A stretch of DNA of 63,364 nucleotides, the filler included, from Pirum gemmata (Eukaryota), in assembly GCA_002812295.1 (NCBI GenBank). It is 11 parts of 11 records of this genome, joined end to end, with 100 filler letters (N's around TTAATTAATTAA, not from the genome) between each part and the next. Parts side by side here need not be neighbours in the genome. Positions count along the whole stretch, not along the records: positions 58,065 to 63,364 come from PDIN01000599.1; 10 more parts are not named here. The stretch is one strand, 5' to 3'. The notes under the pieces are model-generated. The model was not told where the DNA came from. It did no database searches and was given only the letters and a program-made list of their open reading frames with translations. How positions within the stretch are numbered: position 1 is the first letter of the stretch; each line of letters opens with the position of its first letter. Positions 62,515 through 63,364 of the stretch are shown in pieces. The position numbers were made by a program, and so were the translations under genes.

Positions 62515-62676
62515 CCAAACTTTACACTTAAATTCTTGAAAACGAGTCTCAAGAGGAGACTCGAGGTCTTAGGCTCGAGGCTCACCAATAAGGCCCCCCC
62601 ATGTCCAAACTTTACACTTTCTTGAAAACGAGTCTCAAGAGGAGACTCGAGGTTTTAGGCTCGAGGCTCACCAATA
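62515..62676 (+). repeat. Direct repeat of about 75 bp (2 copies) containing a hairpin
   Basis: 62515-62590 and 62605-62676; each has CGAGTCTC-aagag-GAGACTCG. Confidence 0.9.
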
Positions 62677-63325
62677 TCATTCCTAATATCAATAGTATAT
62701 AATACATCCCTATGATGTATAATTGAATGTATACAATACAGTAATACAATAGTTACTAAGTGCTATGACATGTAAAAAATAACATACTTACAGTGTAAAA
62801 CAAAGATAATACAATGTTATTTAATATACATCAATATTAGGATTAATTAAAAATCAAAAAAAAAAAAAAAAATAGTAATAATTTCTGAACCTTGAGGTTT
62901 TTGAACAAATTTGCACAAAGCACATAGACTATAGATGATACTGTCTAGTCACAAAACCAAATCGCCTATATAGATTAGTGAACTCTTTGTGATAGAAGCC
63001 ATTAGAGGTGACTAAGAGGTCTACTAGCTAGTTGAGGTCATTAGTTCATCTAAATAATATTATTTTTAAAAAATTTTGATTTTATTGTTGGGTGCACGTG
63101 ATGTTGGGTATAGTTGGTGTTATGATATGAGTCTACTCCTTGATTGGTTCTGTCTCCTGGCTGTGCAAAAGTGCCAGTATTCAGTCTCAGTATTCGCACA
63201 ATTTTACACTTTTGTCTATAATATTATAATATCCGATATAATATATCATATTATATAAAAAGTCTAGCTAGTTGTAAACTAGTATTAGCTAATCTATTCT
63301 ATGGTGCCGGAACCTTTAGAAATTA

Positions 63326-63364
63326 TAGGGTTAGGGTTAGGGTTAGGGTTAGGGTTAGGGTTAG
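63326..63364 (+). repeat. (TTAGGG)n at the window end
   Basis: About 6 perfect hexamers; cannot be distinguished from the many interstitial arrays. Confidence 0.9.

Noticed and set aside
63326..63364. True chromosome end
   Set aside because: Identical arrays occur internally and in introns, and assemblies break at them; this cannot be called a telomere from sequence alone.

Overview
Very AT-rich eukaryotic DNA; no prokaryotic operon, CRISPR array, rRNA or tRNA was seen. The window is an artificial concatenation: ten N-TTAATTAATTAA-N linkers (near 8477, 13894, 19396, 24854, 30275, 36395, 41787, 47172, 52557, 58009) join 11 short scaffolds, so neighbourhoods across linkers mean nothing. Genes are sparse and mostly spliced, and the ORF track misses most of them. 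Reading splice sites recovers a symplekin-like exon, two exons of NDUFS4, a Costars/ABRACL-like last exon, the last exon of GPN2, two exons of a membrane protein and one orphan last exon. Two genes are intronless: a COG0523/CobW (ZNG1-like) metallochaperone with an extra C-terminal domain and His tail, and a secreted protein with three YKPTRV repeats. Both may lie antisense inside introns of housekeeping genes. The rest is TTAGGG-family microsatellites, (CTAG)n tracts, degenerate tandem duplications beside genes, and at least five MITE groups (Harbinger-type, TA-flanked, TTAA-flanked, and an unusual AG...CT group with 8-bp TSDs), plus two tiny CA...TG hairpins with 7-bp TSDs that resemble P-element excision footprints. 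An opisthokont protist (e.g. a unicellular holozoan) is plausible but is inference only. Protein identifications come from recalled family motifs, not from searches.
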